A DNA stretch of 64,000 nt. Source: Amoebidium appalachense. Its lineage: Eukaryota; Protista; Ichthyosporea. The notes below the pieces were generated by a model. It worked only from the letters and a program-made list of their open reading frames with translations, ran no database searches and was not told the DNA's origin. The DNA is taken from the NCBI GenBank assembly GCA_963693365.1, contig CAVNZM010000011.1:3912139-3976138 (forward strand). Direction: 5' to 3'. This document shows positions 11,165 through 22,987 of this stretch, piece by piece. Every line of letters begins with the position of its first letter. Positions within the stretch are counted from its first letter, which is position 1. The position numbers were made by a program, and so were the translations under genes.

Positions 11165-11365
11165 CCTGCCCCCCTGCCTCACGTGCCTCACGTGCCCCCT
11201 GCCTCACGTGCCCCCCTGCCTCACGTGCCTCACGTGCCCCCCCCTGCCCCCCCCTGCCTCACCTGCCTCACGTGCCTCACCTGCCTCACGTGCCCCCCCT
11301 GCCCCCCCTGCCTCACGTGCCCCCCCCTGCCTCACGTGCCTCACGTGCCCCCCCCCCCCTGCCCG
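11165..11365. repeat. TGCCTCACG / CACGTG-rich minisatellite
   Basis: Repeated CCTGCCTCACGTGCC separated by C runs. Confidence 0.85.
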
Positions 11366-11370
11366 GGTCA

Positions 11371-11902
11371 AGACTTAGCTCGTGTAGACTTAGCTTTTTT
11401 CTCTCTCTCTCTCTCTCTCGTGTAGACTTAGCTTTTTTCTCTCTCTCTCTCTCTCGTGTAGACTTAGCTTTTCTCTCTCTCTCTCTCTCTCTCGTGTAGA
11501 CTTAGCTTTTTTCTCTCTCTCTCTCTCTCGTGTAGACTTAGCTTTTTTCTCTCTCTCTCTCTCTCGTGTAGACTTAGCTTTTTTCTCTCTCTCTCTCTCG
11601 TGTAGACTTAGCTTTTTTCTCTCTCTCTCTCTCGTGTAGACTTAGCTTTTTTCTCTCTCTCTCTTTTCTCTCTCTCTCTCTCTCTCGTGTAGACTTAGCT
11701 TTTTTCTCTCTCTCTCTCTCGTGTAGACTTAGCTTTTTTCTCTCTCTCTCTTTTCTCTCTCTCTCTCTCTCTCGTGTAGACTTAGCTTTTTTCTCTCTCT
11801 CTCTCTCTCGTGTAGACTTAGCTTTTTTCTCTCTCTCTCTTTTCTCTCTCTCTCTCTCTCTCGTGTGGACTTAGCTTTCTCTCTCTCTCTCTCTCTCTCT
11901 CT
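11371..11902. repeat. Compound minisatellite CGTGTAGACTTAGCTTTTTT(CT)n, ~13 copies
   Basis: Directly visible. Confidence 0.95.
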
Positions 11903-11994
11903 GTCTGTGCCCGTGTCCATACTTAGACGTTTTGCTCCCTGTCCCCGTTCCCCGTTCCCGGCCTATTTCTGATTGGTTTCTTGTCTTTACTTTA

Positions 11995-12852
11995 TTAGGC
12001 AAATAGGCGCGTGATGCTGTTGGTCGGGACACACAGCTTGCCGGTGGGTCGGGCAGTGACGTCAGCCACGAATCCGGGTGCGATGATTGGCTTCACTTCC
12101 GGCTCTGGAATGTGTGGCTCCATCAACACCTCGAAGTCTTGCACCATGCTTGGGTCGGTCCAGCCACGTGCCTGTGTGCAGTAAACACGCCAATGGGCTC
12201 TCGCCACGTGCACGGCCTCCGTGTAGTCGGTGTATGTGCCGATCTTGTGGTATTGCCCTTTCTTGTGCGCCATTGGAAACCTCACCTCGAAATAACCTTC
12301 GCGGGTGTTAACGAACCGGCATGGCTGCCCTGCGATTCGTTTCTTGAGTTGGTTGTACTCAGTCGGCCGTATGCAGAGATTGGTCCGTCGGTTGTCGGCT
12401 TTTGATTGGTTTAGGTGATCGATCTGTAAGCCGCCACTTGTGGTGATAAGGCCTTGGAAATAGCACACCAGTTGATGAGCCGTTGGTGCCTCTGTTTCGT
12501 GTTGGTTCCACCCGGGCAGGTACAGCCGCAGATAGCCTCCACTGCTACATACCCATCCCACACGTGTCGCCCATGCCATGTCCTCTTCAGAGAAACGCCA
12601 ATCGCACCCATCCATGTGTATCTTATCAGCACCCACTACCTGCATCTCATTGGCTTCACTCCACGTGTGCATCACCGGCTCGTCATCCTTATCGTACCAG
12701 TACAGTCCGAATCCACCGCCCTTTGCCCTGTTGGCTTCATACCATGAAATTAACTGGCTGGGCTCGTATATGCATAGAGCCACCAGAAATTTACACCATT
12801 GCGGTGCTTTGTGTATATTGTCGTTGTTCACTACCTGCTGCACTGGCAACAT
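11995..12852 (-). CDS. HNH endonuclease with C-terminal AP2-like DNA-binding domain (phage HNH-AP2 type), 285 aa
   Basis: EEDMAW..GW..SSGGY..AHQLV..QIDHLNQSKADNRRTNL..YNQ, then RFV..YFEVRF..HKIGTYTDYTEAVHVAR; AATAAA overlaps the stop. Confidence 0.8.
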   Translation of the reverse strand: MLPVQQVVNNDNIHKAPQWCKFLVALCIYEPSQLISWYEANRAKGGGFGLYWYDKDDEPVMHTWSEANEMQVVGADKIHMDGCDWRFSEEDMAWATRVGWVCSSGGYLRLYLPGWNQHETEAPTAHQLVCYFQGLITTSGGLQIDHLNQSKADNRRTNLCIRPTEYNQLKKRIAGQPCRFVNTREGYFEVRFPMAHKKGQYHKIGTYTDYTEAVHVARAHWRVYCTQARGWTDPSMVQDFEVLMEPHIPEPEVKPIIAPGFVADVTARPTGKLCVPTNSITRLFA

Positions 12853-13785
12853 ATGTTATGCACACATAATATTTTCCTCACCCCACCCCGCGTGCCTCCC
12901 GTGCCTCCTGTGCCTCCCGTGCCTCCTGTGCCTCCTGTGTCTCCTGTGCATTCTCCGTTCCCCGTTCCCCGGCCTGATCCTTAGTGTGATACTATGTCAT
13001 CGCGTTTAAGAAATCTGTCTGTTGTCATTGGCCACTTACCCACTTAGAAGTGGGTAATGCTCTGTCGTTTGTTTTGTCTCCTTTTTTTTTTCTTTTTTTT
13101 TGATTTTAAGTGGGAAAAGTGGGAAGTGGGAAATAGATTGATCGCGATCGGATCGGAGGTGGTTTGGTGTGGTGTGATCTCAAAGAGTTACCAGGCCACG
13201 TGACTAGTCCAAACATCGAACCCACGGCCCTCTGAAAAAAAGACGGCCTGGATACAGAACGGGGTCAAAAGAGCAGATTGGTATTTCGATCCACTGGATT
13301 CGCTAGCAAACTACTATCATTGCGCAGATTATGAAGGAAAACGGAAGGAAAAAAAAAAACGACAAAAGTTTATGAAGTGCTTCCTATGTTCTAGGGCGTT
13401 TTTTTGTCTTAAAGTAATATGCGCAAGCCCTATAGCACAAAGTTTTGGCATAGTGTACATAATAGTGTAGCTGAGTCTCAGTATAGTTATATCTATTGAG
13501 CAGTTCACGTTTACACAAACACGGCCGTGAGCAAAGATCTACTATAAAACTAGAACTCTTCTTTGCGTATATTCTCTCAAAGGTGTTTCTATCCACTAGG
13601 TAACATAATACTACCTGTATGTTAAGTATTAGAACGTCTATGTCCTGCAACACTAACCACCAACCAATCAACACTGTGTAGCCCCCCCCCCCCCCCCCTC
13701 CTCCCCCCCCCCCGGCAAACCCTCACAACTCTACCTACTGGCAAAAAAAGAAAAGAAAGAGGGTTAGAAAACACTGACAAAGCCG

Positions 13786-15009
13786 CTAGAGCTCTGCTTC
13801 CTCCACATACGCCTCTACCATCCAATCGTACTCCGCCTCTGCTGCCTCCAGTGCAGCCACCAGCTCGTCATCGCTTCCCTCCATCTCCCACTCGACGGTA
13901 GGTGGTTCCGCCGTGGTTGTTTTGTTTTCACCTTCCTTTCCCTTCTTCCTCCCTTCGCCTCCCTTTTCCTCTGTTTTGCTCTCCTTTTTCTTCTTTGCTG
14001 GTTTTGTCGACGGCATGCTCCCTGCAACTGTGGCTGGGACGCCTGCCCCCGCGGCGGCCTCGCTCGCCGCCAAAGCGGCCGCCTGCACTGTTTTGGCTTT
14101 CCGGTTTGCTTTGTTGGGTGCTTTCTTCGCTTGTTCCTTGCGTTGACGCACATACGCGCTCAGGTGGCAGTTGGTTGCAACGGTTATCAGTCGTTCCACT
14201 AGTGCTCTCTTTTGCGTGCCGCACACCCCACACTCGTCCATAAGTGCCTTATCGGTATTGTACCTTTTGACTGCATGTTCGCTGAGTAGGACAGCCACCG
14301 TTCTATGGCTGCCCCCCGGAAGGTACGTGTTGACCAGTGGCTTTAGCAGTGCCTCCACCACACAGTAGACCAATGTGACAATGCTCACTGTTGGTGGTGA
14401 AGGGAAAGTCAGGCCCCCCCGATTGGCGGCGCGGATGAGTCGGTAGTGATCGTCTGTGGCTCTCCCGGCCGTAGTGGTGGCTGTTTCTGTAGCTGTGGTG
14501 CTTGTTTCAGTGGGTGTGTTGGTGTTTTTGTTGGGTGTAGTGATTTCGAGATGTGCACGACATGTGTTGCAGCCAACACCGCGCACGTGAAGCGCGTGCA
14601 CACAGAACCCTGCCCGGTAGGTTAGCACCTCTGGCTTTCTGATGTCTTCGCTGATTTTATAGACGTGGCCCCAGATGGTGTTGTTGTAGAGTGGGAGAAT
14701 GGTCTCGATGGTGATCGTTTTGCGTTTGCTGTTGAGCGCTGTGTTCATGTTGTCGAACAGCTGTGTTACACTTGTGCCCGTCTGCACTGCCAGCTTTGCC
14801 AGCTTCTGCACCCGTATCCTTTTGACGGCCTGGAGAGTCTGTTCATAGAGGTGAGTTTATTGTGTGATTTGTGTATATATTGATGGCACGTGGCTATAAA
14901 AGTTTAATATGACACAATATGGCGCGGGCGCGCAAGCAGTGTATCATAGCATATCTTCGTGTGTACACAAGCATGGTTTAGGTATATCTGCATGGGGTTG
15001 TGTATGTAT

Positions 15010-15056
<47 letters not shown>

Positions 15057-15901
15057 TACGGTGTGTGTGTGTTTGTGTGTGTGTGGTGTTTGGTGTATGT
15101 GTGTCTGTGTGTCTGTGTGTGTGTGTGTGTGTGTGTGCGTGTACGTGTGTGCATTTTTGTGGTTTGAGTTCAACAGCCCCCCCCCCCCCCCCCCCCCCCC
15201 ACCCCCTAATTTCATTTTTCGTTCAGTTTTCTTTGCACCCTTTCTTTTCACCACACTCCTTTTATCCTGATACCCCCCTCCCCCTCCCCTCCTCCTCCAA
15301 CCCCTTCTTCCGTCCCTGCCTCTCTCGCTATCCCCCCCCCCCCCCCCCCCCCCCCCCTTTTTTTTTTCTCCTGATTATTTTATTCCCCGGGGCCACCATG
15401 TCATGACACCACTATCCCATTATTAAGGCGAATCACCAAATCATCCTATATCTGTTCTGTCTCTGTTCTTTGTAATGCTGTATGAATCGTGTGTGTGTGA
15501 TGTATCTCTTGTGTTTCATTGTTGCAGGCAGTGGGTGGGTGGCTGAGTAGGGTAGGGGTGTGTGTGTGTGTGTTGGGGGGGGGGAGGGGGGGGGGGGGGG
15601 ATCCAGGAGGGGAGGTACCCACCTGTGCTGTCCCAACGTTGTAGTTCCCACCGCTGTACTGTCGGATTGTGCCAAAAGCACCCTCAAGGGGGTCGGTTTG
15701 AAACTTTCTGGTGAGCACAAAGTTGAGCTTCTCGCCGCTCACGCCGCTGTCCAGGAGATAGCGGATGAGACTGGCCTGCAAATTAAAAGCCAGCAAAATC
15801 TGTGTGGCACCACATTTGACTACGCTTGGCATGTGAAAAACCATATGGAAAAGCCCCCCCCCCCCCCCCCCCCCCCCTCCCCGCCCACCCATCCCGACAC
15901 A

Positions 15902-15944
<43 letters not shown>

Positions 15945-16041
15945 AGAGAGACACGCACACAAACACACTGATGCGCGCGCACACACACACGTGTCACACA
16001 CACACACACACACACACAGTGTCACACACAGACACACACAA

Positions 16042-16075
<34 letters not shown>

Positions 16076-16155
16076 TTCATGCCGGTCGACTCCTCATGTG
16101 ACCTTGTGTGTTGGGGGGGTGAAGGGGCGAGGGCATGAGGACATTGGAGGGGATT

Positions 16156-16189
<34 letters not shown>

Positions 16190-18519
16190 ACCATTGTCTT
16201 GCTCGTAAACGCCAGCGACCACTGTGTTTCCTCCGTAAAACCCCCCTCGCCAGTAGGCATGCTCACCACCCACTCAGCGAATTTCTCCAGCCAAATCAGC
16301 CGCTGGTCACTGCTGCTGGTGAATGCAGCACACCATGGGTCCAATTTGCGCGCCGCATATGTGGTGGTACCGATGTTCATAAGCTTCCACCACCGTGCGA
16401 TTTGTTTTAGGAAGTTTGCGGTGAACTTAAACAGGGGTTCATCAACCACGTGGTTGTCGAGCGCAGCAATGGTGGACTCGTGGAACACAGCCAAAGCTGG
16501 CCCCACCTTCTGCTTGTCGAAGTTGTTGGGCCAGAGAACGGTGGGTGTGAGTTTGAAGGCCTCCTTGAGTGCCTGCCCGCCTTCAGACTCGTAGATAGTC
16601 TGCACCTGCCGAAAACATGCCGTCCCCACCTCGAATGAGAGATCGATTTTTTGACCGTCAATCTCCCACACAAAAGTGAACCCACTGTAATTGATGGACT
16701 GCTCTGTGTCCTTCTGATTCACCCAGTTGTTGCGAATGCACTTGAGTATGTGCACAGGGTCTGATATAATATACAGCCTCTTTCCGGGGTCTGTAGGGTG
16801 GTCCACATACGGTGGTGTGTTCTTGTAACCACTCACGTTTGCCAGCTTGCGAAACAATGCCCGGTTTATGGCATTGTTGTCAGCAATGACAGCAACCGTA
16901 TGGAGCCCAGCATAGGCTAGTGCCTCCAGCGCGTTCACCAGCTCGTCACCCAAAAACTCAGCGGTCTGGTTGCGCACAGGTATCATGGACACAAAATCCT
17001 TGCCCAATTTGGATATAATCGAGTCAAAGAAAAATGCCTGCACTTGGCTTGCAGACTGCCCATCGGGCTGATTGAGTGCTACCCCAGTAACTTGCCCACC
17101 ACGAAAATCGAGGAGATCTGTTACGTGGATCTCATCCAGTAACAGAACTCCCATTTTCTCTCTTTTACTCATAGCATGTGCCATTAGTGCAAGGTATTCC
17201 TCGTTCACACCACTAGCGTCGAGGAGGTCCGTAGATGTAAGCCCCTCGTGCTTGCTCCGCACATTGCGCTCGTGGGGCAGGACCAAACACCCGAGCTCCC
17301 TCAGTCTCTCATAACCGGCGGGAGAGCTGGCGTGCAAGGCGATGGCTGTGTGCATGGTCCTATCACCATACCTGTACAGGTTTGGCGGGGTAGACACAAG
17401 TTGTGCCTGCTCGGCCTGAAAGAAGCACTGCTTGGCCCGATCCTCGTTTCCATCCTCCTTGAAATGGTTTCCTGCAGCAATCAACAACGACTGGGCAGAC
17501 GCAAGTGCCTCCATAGCATAGTCGTGTTGTGACAGCCCGGTCGCCCTATAATAATGCTGACCCCTACAGTCTTCCTCTCGAGGCACCGGCAGAGGATCAG
17601 CATTATCTTGGTCAAACACCAACAAGGGAGGAGAGAGGGAAGGGTGTGTGGACAAAGGCTCGATGCACCGAGTAAGATCGTTCCATGTGTCCAGTGTGCC
17701 CGTCGCCTGACAATGCTCTGTCGCCACCCACGTTATGTTGCCTACTGCTAGAGTCAGGTAATTGGAAGGAAGCACGGTTGGGGTGTGGGAGTAAACTGCT
17801 GAACGAAAAGTCGAGTCACTATTGATCATTACTGACGCTCGCATGGTAACGCTGAATGATGGTTTGCATAGAAGCATGCCTGGAAGCCAGAAAACCACCG
17901 ATTTCCCCTCGCCTATTTCCGTTCCGACGCTTTGAACCCTCCAGCCGGCGTGCCGCTCCGCTATTTCCAGGGCACGGACAACAAGCTGGCCGAACACGAA
18001 CATCTCCTTCTGGCGCTTCCTCGCTACTGCCTCTTCCTCTTGCCTTGCCCGAACCTTCTCCATCTTTGCGGCTCTCTCTTCCGGGTCCATACGAGGAGGC
18101 GCGGAAGGGGTGCTCAGGTAACTGGGGCAGTTGGGAAAAATGCTCGGGACGGCGCCTGGCCTAGGCCACGTTTTGCCACCTTTTTTAACGATGTCATGGG
18201 CGGGAAAGTGACGGCCGCAGACCCGCGCAACACCGTGCGGGTCGAAGTTCTCAGGCCACTGCCTCGGCACAGCACGTAGCCACGCACTGAGAAGGTTCCG
18301 TGTTTCTTCGCGTAGCGTCTCGCTTTTAATGCGCCCGTCGTTTGGGTTGGGGAATTTGTAAACGAAAACCTTGTTTTGGTCGTCGTAGTTGCCTCTGCAG
18401 CCTGGAACACTGCATATGTTACCGATTTTGTTGCTACGCAGACCGTTACTCCTCTTCTTATCCATTCCAGGCTCGGGAGGAGCAGCTCCCTTCATAAGGC
18501 CAGTCCCGCCGTCAGCCAT
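13786..18519 (-). CDS. THAP-domain P-element transposase, ~1177 aa; exons 18519-16192, 15775-15623, 14838-13786
   Basis: THAP C2CH motif (CSVPGC..W..VCGRHF..AVPSIF), LLLDE, IADN, DPVHILKCIRNNW, FQTDPLEGAFGTIRQ, NRGGLTFPS; both introns GT-AG phase 0 and give an open frame. Confidence 0.9.
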
Positions 18520-18674
18520 GTTACCGATGTCTCCGTCTTTGAACCAAAAAAAGCGAGACGTAAACGAAAAACAACAACATACATGTTCTGTGCCGACATC
18601 TCGTTTTAGGGCCGGAATCCAGTGGATCGAGATACCACGAGCACAATGGAATGCGATTTTATGACGTAGTGTAT

Positions 18675-18766
18675 TGTTGGAATACGTCACCATGTATGAC
18701 AGCAAGAGCCTTGAAGTATGTATGTGTCCTAGCTTGTTTGTATTCGTGTCTGCTTTCCTCCTTTGT

Positions 18767-18844
<78 letters not shown>

Positions 18845-19606
18845 TCTCTCCCCCCCCCCCCCCCCCCCCCCCCGTATCTCTCTCTCCCTTGTTTCTGTGG
18901 GCACAGATATCTGTAGATCTGTGCACACCTGGCTCTCTTGCCTGATAAGAACGTATTGTGTTTTTATTTCTATTTGCTCTCCTCTGTTTATCTGAGAGGT
19001 AGCGTGATTGGCTAGCCTCACTCGTTGTCTTTCCTTTATTTCAAAATGGCCTAGTTTTGTTCTCAAAAGGATGGCTCGCCAATAGTCGCGAGCGAGTACA
19101 TCTGTAGATTGTGTTGTGCATTCCTGTCTGTTAATATATGTGTGTTGTGATTGGACAATAGATATATATGGAATTCGGTTTATTGCAAAGTGTCTTCACT
19201 TTGAGAGTGTCGACTGTTAGGAAATATATGTATTTAAATAAGTCTCCTTATAGAGACGAACATAAATATATATGTGAGTTAATAGTGACTAGATGTGTAA
19301 TTACTTAATTTATTTAAGTAAGAGTTTCTACACTTTAGCTTAATCGGAAGTTGGAATGCGTATGCTCTATCGGAATGTGTTTTTTCTATCTTCTGATAGA
19401 ACCGATTGGTTCTCCCTCTTTAGTTGTGATAAGGTGATAAGTCGCAAGTACAAAAGGAACCGAGAGCACAATAAAGATTCAGTTGTTGTTTGAAATCTTT
19501 TCAATGTCTCGTGAACAACTCCGATTGCCCTCTCATTAATGTGTTAGTCGTGTTTTACATGACACCTCTGTGCACTCTGCTCCCTTAGACCCGTACAAAA
19601 ACAACA
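18675..19606 (+). mobile_element. Solo LTR related to the Copia-1 LTR
   Basis: TGTTG...CAACA ends, 5-bp TSD TGTAT, long blocks alignable to 21240-22129. Confidence 0.9.
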
Positions 19607-21239
19607 TGTATCCAGGCCGTCTTTTTTTCAGAGGGCCGTGTCGAACCCCCTCAACCAGGGGGATGCACATTTCCCCCCTCCTCAATATCGTGTATACAGG
19701 ATATTTGAGATGCTCGTGTGACCTGGAAGCGGTGGAATTTTTTTCTCCTGAAGCCGCCCATTCCCAACCCAGGGGGGAGTTAGCCCCGGTTGCCGCAAGT
19801 ACTACTGTACGACAAGGAGCTCATGCTCGACTAGGCATGTGTGGAGCTGGCATGGTAATGGGACGAGGTACTCTGATCATAAAAGGAACATGAAATATTC
19901 GACCATAGACTTCCAGGCAACTTGCACAGATACACCTGTGGACCATTCCACGCCAAGTATGACGTCACAGCTCGCACAGCCGGGCCGGAAACATATGCCA
20001 CGCATGACGTCACCACGAGTATCCGCTTAGCTCGGACAAAAAAGTGCAAAATTTCCCCATGCTATATGTGCCCCCCCCCCCCCCCCCCCCCTCCCTCCCT
20101 CCCCACACACTGGCACACACGGGTACCCACACACACACTACAAAGCCACCACCATCACCACCGGCAAGATCTAGAATGATCTGCGATCTGATCCGGAATT
20201 CCATGTGAATATCCGGAATTCCATGTGAATATAAAATCTGAAATACAATCCAGTGAAAAACTCGCCCAGTTTTATTATCCAAAGCCACTGCCCGCAGTGC
20301 CTCTTATTGCCCATATATGGAAAAATTATGATTATGGCATGTCCAAAAAAGGAAACTTGTACCTGGTATAAGAATATGGGCATTTGTGTCCACATGTCAC
20401 CGTGATTAAATTAAAAGCTTAACGTTCACAGTTACATGACGCTATGAAACCTTATGATTGTGGTGAAGAAAAATATGTTTTAAAGTTAACAAGGAAAGAA
20501 GAAAATATCCCTGTCAGTGAGTTGGGGATAGAAAAGTATGGATTAAAGTTAAAAAAAAATCCCTGAGTTGGGGATAGAAAAGCATGGGTTAAAGTTAAAA
20601 AGGAAAGGAAAAGTTAAAAAAGAAAGGAAAAGACAATCCCTGAGTTGGGGACAAAGTGCAAAACATGTCTGTGTCTGTTGGTGGTGTAAGGCAGTGGTTC
20701 GTTTCATGCAAAAAGTTTTAAATCGTCTATCGACAACAACTGCCTAAATTGGGTATCGATACTACATGTACGTTGGGTGTGCATGTGAGCATGAGGAATT
20801 CTTAAGGGCAGTGTTCGATGCAAATGTTCGAGTCCAAACATATCATGGTATCCACACTGATGCCTCAACCAATCACACACCAACACCAACTCCCTTAAAA
20901 TTTAACGAATCCACCGTAAAGAACCTTCTCTGTCTCACCCTGCCTTCCCTTACAGTTGTCCACGCTCGAGCTTATGCCAAATATGGTATCCACACCAATG
21001 CCTGAACCAATCACACACCGGCCCCTTAAAGGGCCTTCTTTGTCTCTGCCTGCCTGCCTTAAAGTCGTCCATGCTCGAGCTAATTCTCAGCCATGCACAC
21101 AGTGAGTCCATGAGATCCACTGGGAGCATGCGGAAGAGGGGGTACAGGTACACCATGCGAGGCATGCACAGCACCTGCTGACCAGTCTGAATGGCCTCCA
21201 CAATCTGTATGTACGTGTACGTGTGTACGTGTGTACGTG

Positions 21240-22129
21240 TGTTGAAATAGACATAGACAGCAAGAGTTTGAAGTATGTATGTGTCTTAGCTTATTTGTAT
21301 TCGTGTCTGCTTTTCTCTTTCAAGTTGTGCTTTTGGTCTTTTCTCTCTCTCCCTCTCCCCCCCCCCCCCCCCCCCCGTATCTCTCTCTCTCCCTCCCGTG
21401 TTCCTGTGTGCATAGACATCTTGAGATCTGGGCACACCTGGCTCACTTGCCTGATAAGAACTTATTGTATTCCATTTCTGTTTGCTCTCCTCAGTTTATC
21501 TGAATAGTAGCATGATTGGTTACCTATAGTCGTTGTCTTTGTGCCTTTGTTCAAGCAGTGATAGCTCACCAATAGACGCGAGTAAGTACACTCGTAGATT
21601 GTGTTGTGCATTCCTGTTCAGTACGTTTAATCATAGACGTGTTATGATTGGACATTTTGTTTCTGTATGGTATGTGTCTCGAGATAAGATATCTTCTCTC
21701 TAAAGAGTGTCATCTATTAGGAAACATATGTATTTAGACGAGTTTCTTTATAGAGACAAGTATAAATATATATTTGAATTGATAGTGACAAGTTGTCTGT
21801 ATTACTTAATTTATTTAAGTAGTGTTTTGAGACTTCTGCTGGGTCAGAAGGTAGAATAGCGTATGCTATGGTGGAATGTAGTTCTCTATCATTCGGAAGA
21901 GCTGATTGGTTCCTTTTCTGTATTTTTGATAAGATGAATATTTGGCCCGGTACAAAAGGGCTCGAGAGAGATCAATAAACTTCAGTTGTTGTTTCAAAAT
22001 CTTTCATGTATCGTCAACAACTCCGATTGCCCTCTCATTATTGTGTTGGTCGTGTTTCTACATGACACCTCTGTGCACTCTGCTTGCCGTAGACATAAGT
22101 ATAGTCCCGTAGAATTATACAAACTAACA
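21240..22129 (+). repeat. Copia-1 5' LTR (890 bp)
   Basis: TG...CA, near-identical to 58653-59540. Confidence 0.95.
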
Positions 22130-22259
22130 GGTTTACAGGCCCTTTTGCACGCTCTCGTAACACAATTTCTCTCTGCAATCGATACCGATTTAGATTTACA
22201 TACCAATCTAAATTCCTCTCGCATTCCGCGATCGCGACTCCTCTGACTACTCGTTAACG

Positions 22260-22987
22260 ATGTCGGAGAAACCCGCGTATCTCAACCTCACCCCCTGGAA
22301 GGGGGAGGACACCACCGACAAGAAGTCCGGTAAACGTCTCACCTATTATGAGTGGGAACCCGTCATTTTCCGGTACCTACGTACCACCACCGCGGCCAAG
22401 TTAGTCGCCGCCATCAAGACCCTCGAGTGGGTTGATGCCTCCGACGAGAACGATTGGCATGGCTACGACACCGAGGAAGCCTACACCGAAGCTTCCAACT
22501 TCCTCGACCAGATGCTTACTCAACTCGTCTCCAGTGATGAGCTGTATAACTCCGGTCAAATCCAGGATGATGTGTCACCTGCCCAAGCTTTCCACAACCT
22601 CCGTATGACGTATGCGGCTGAACGTGAAGATCGTGCTCGTCAAATCCTCCTCGAGTAGCCTAGTAGTACCACGAACTCGAACTCAAGGACTTCAAGACCG
22701 TCACGGCCTACCTCACTATGGTGCGCCGTCTGTGCACTACCCTGCACATCCTCGAAGAACCCATCTCTCATAAAACCATGGTTGATAACTTCTTTATCCA
22801 CCTCAAGAAGCACCGTAACCTGGTTTGTTCTGACATCAAGGCTATGATTGCCGATTATTTCCGTCGCAGCATCAACTACGACTCCTACAACCGTCTCGTT
22901 AGTGATATCCGAGCTGCCGAGATCCGTGAAGGTATTCAAGTTATTGACTCTGGCTCCGGGTCTTCCCTCTCCGTCCGTACTGCATGT
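22260..22987 (+). pseudogene. gag: Copia-1 gag N-terminal part (frameshift ~22655), cut by Gypsy-2
   Basis: Frame SLSVRTAC rejoins ALQSRVLP at 43961 after removing Gypsy-2. Confidence 0.75.

Larger units (their letters stand above)
13223..19640 (-). mobile_element. P-superfamily (THAP9-like) DNA transposon
   Basis: Perfect 34-bp TIR CACGGCCCTCTGAAAAAAAGACGGCCTGGATACA at 13223-13256 and 19607-19640; 7-bp TSD TCGAACC at 13216-13222 and 19641-19647. Confidence 0.93.
6056..19806. mobile_element. Putative endogenous virus / Polinton-like element arm, interrupted by a P element at 13223-19640
   Basis: Dense intronless ORFs with AATAAA at stops, HNH-AP2 gene, tandem repeats, ACTACT at 19801-19806; no hallmark gene (pPolB, capsid, ATPase, integrase) in the window. 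Confidence 0.4.

Noticed and set aside
11371-11902. CRISPR-like array
   Set aside because: Spacers are just (CT)n of varying length; no cas genes; eukaryotic context
19807-20070. Coding-like stretch (YDKELMLD*ACVELAW*...)
   Set aside because: Multiple stops and no recognisable homology; cannot be called
20190-20650. Short direct repeats (ATCCGGAATTCCATGTGAAT x2; GAGTTGGGGA x3)
   Set aside because: No TIR, TSD or ORF links them to an element
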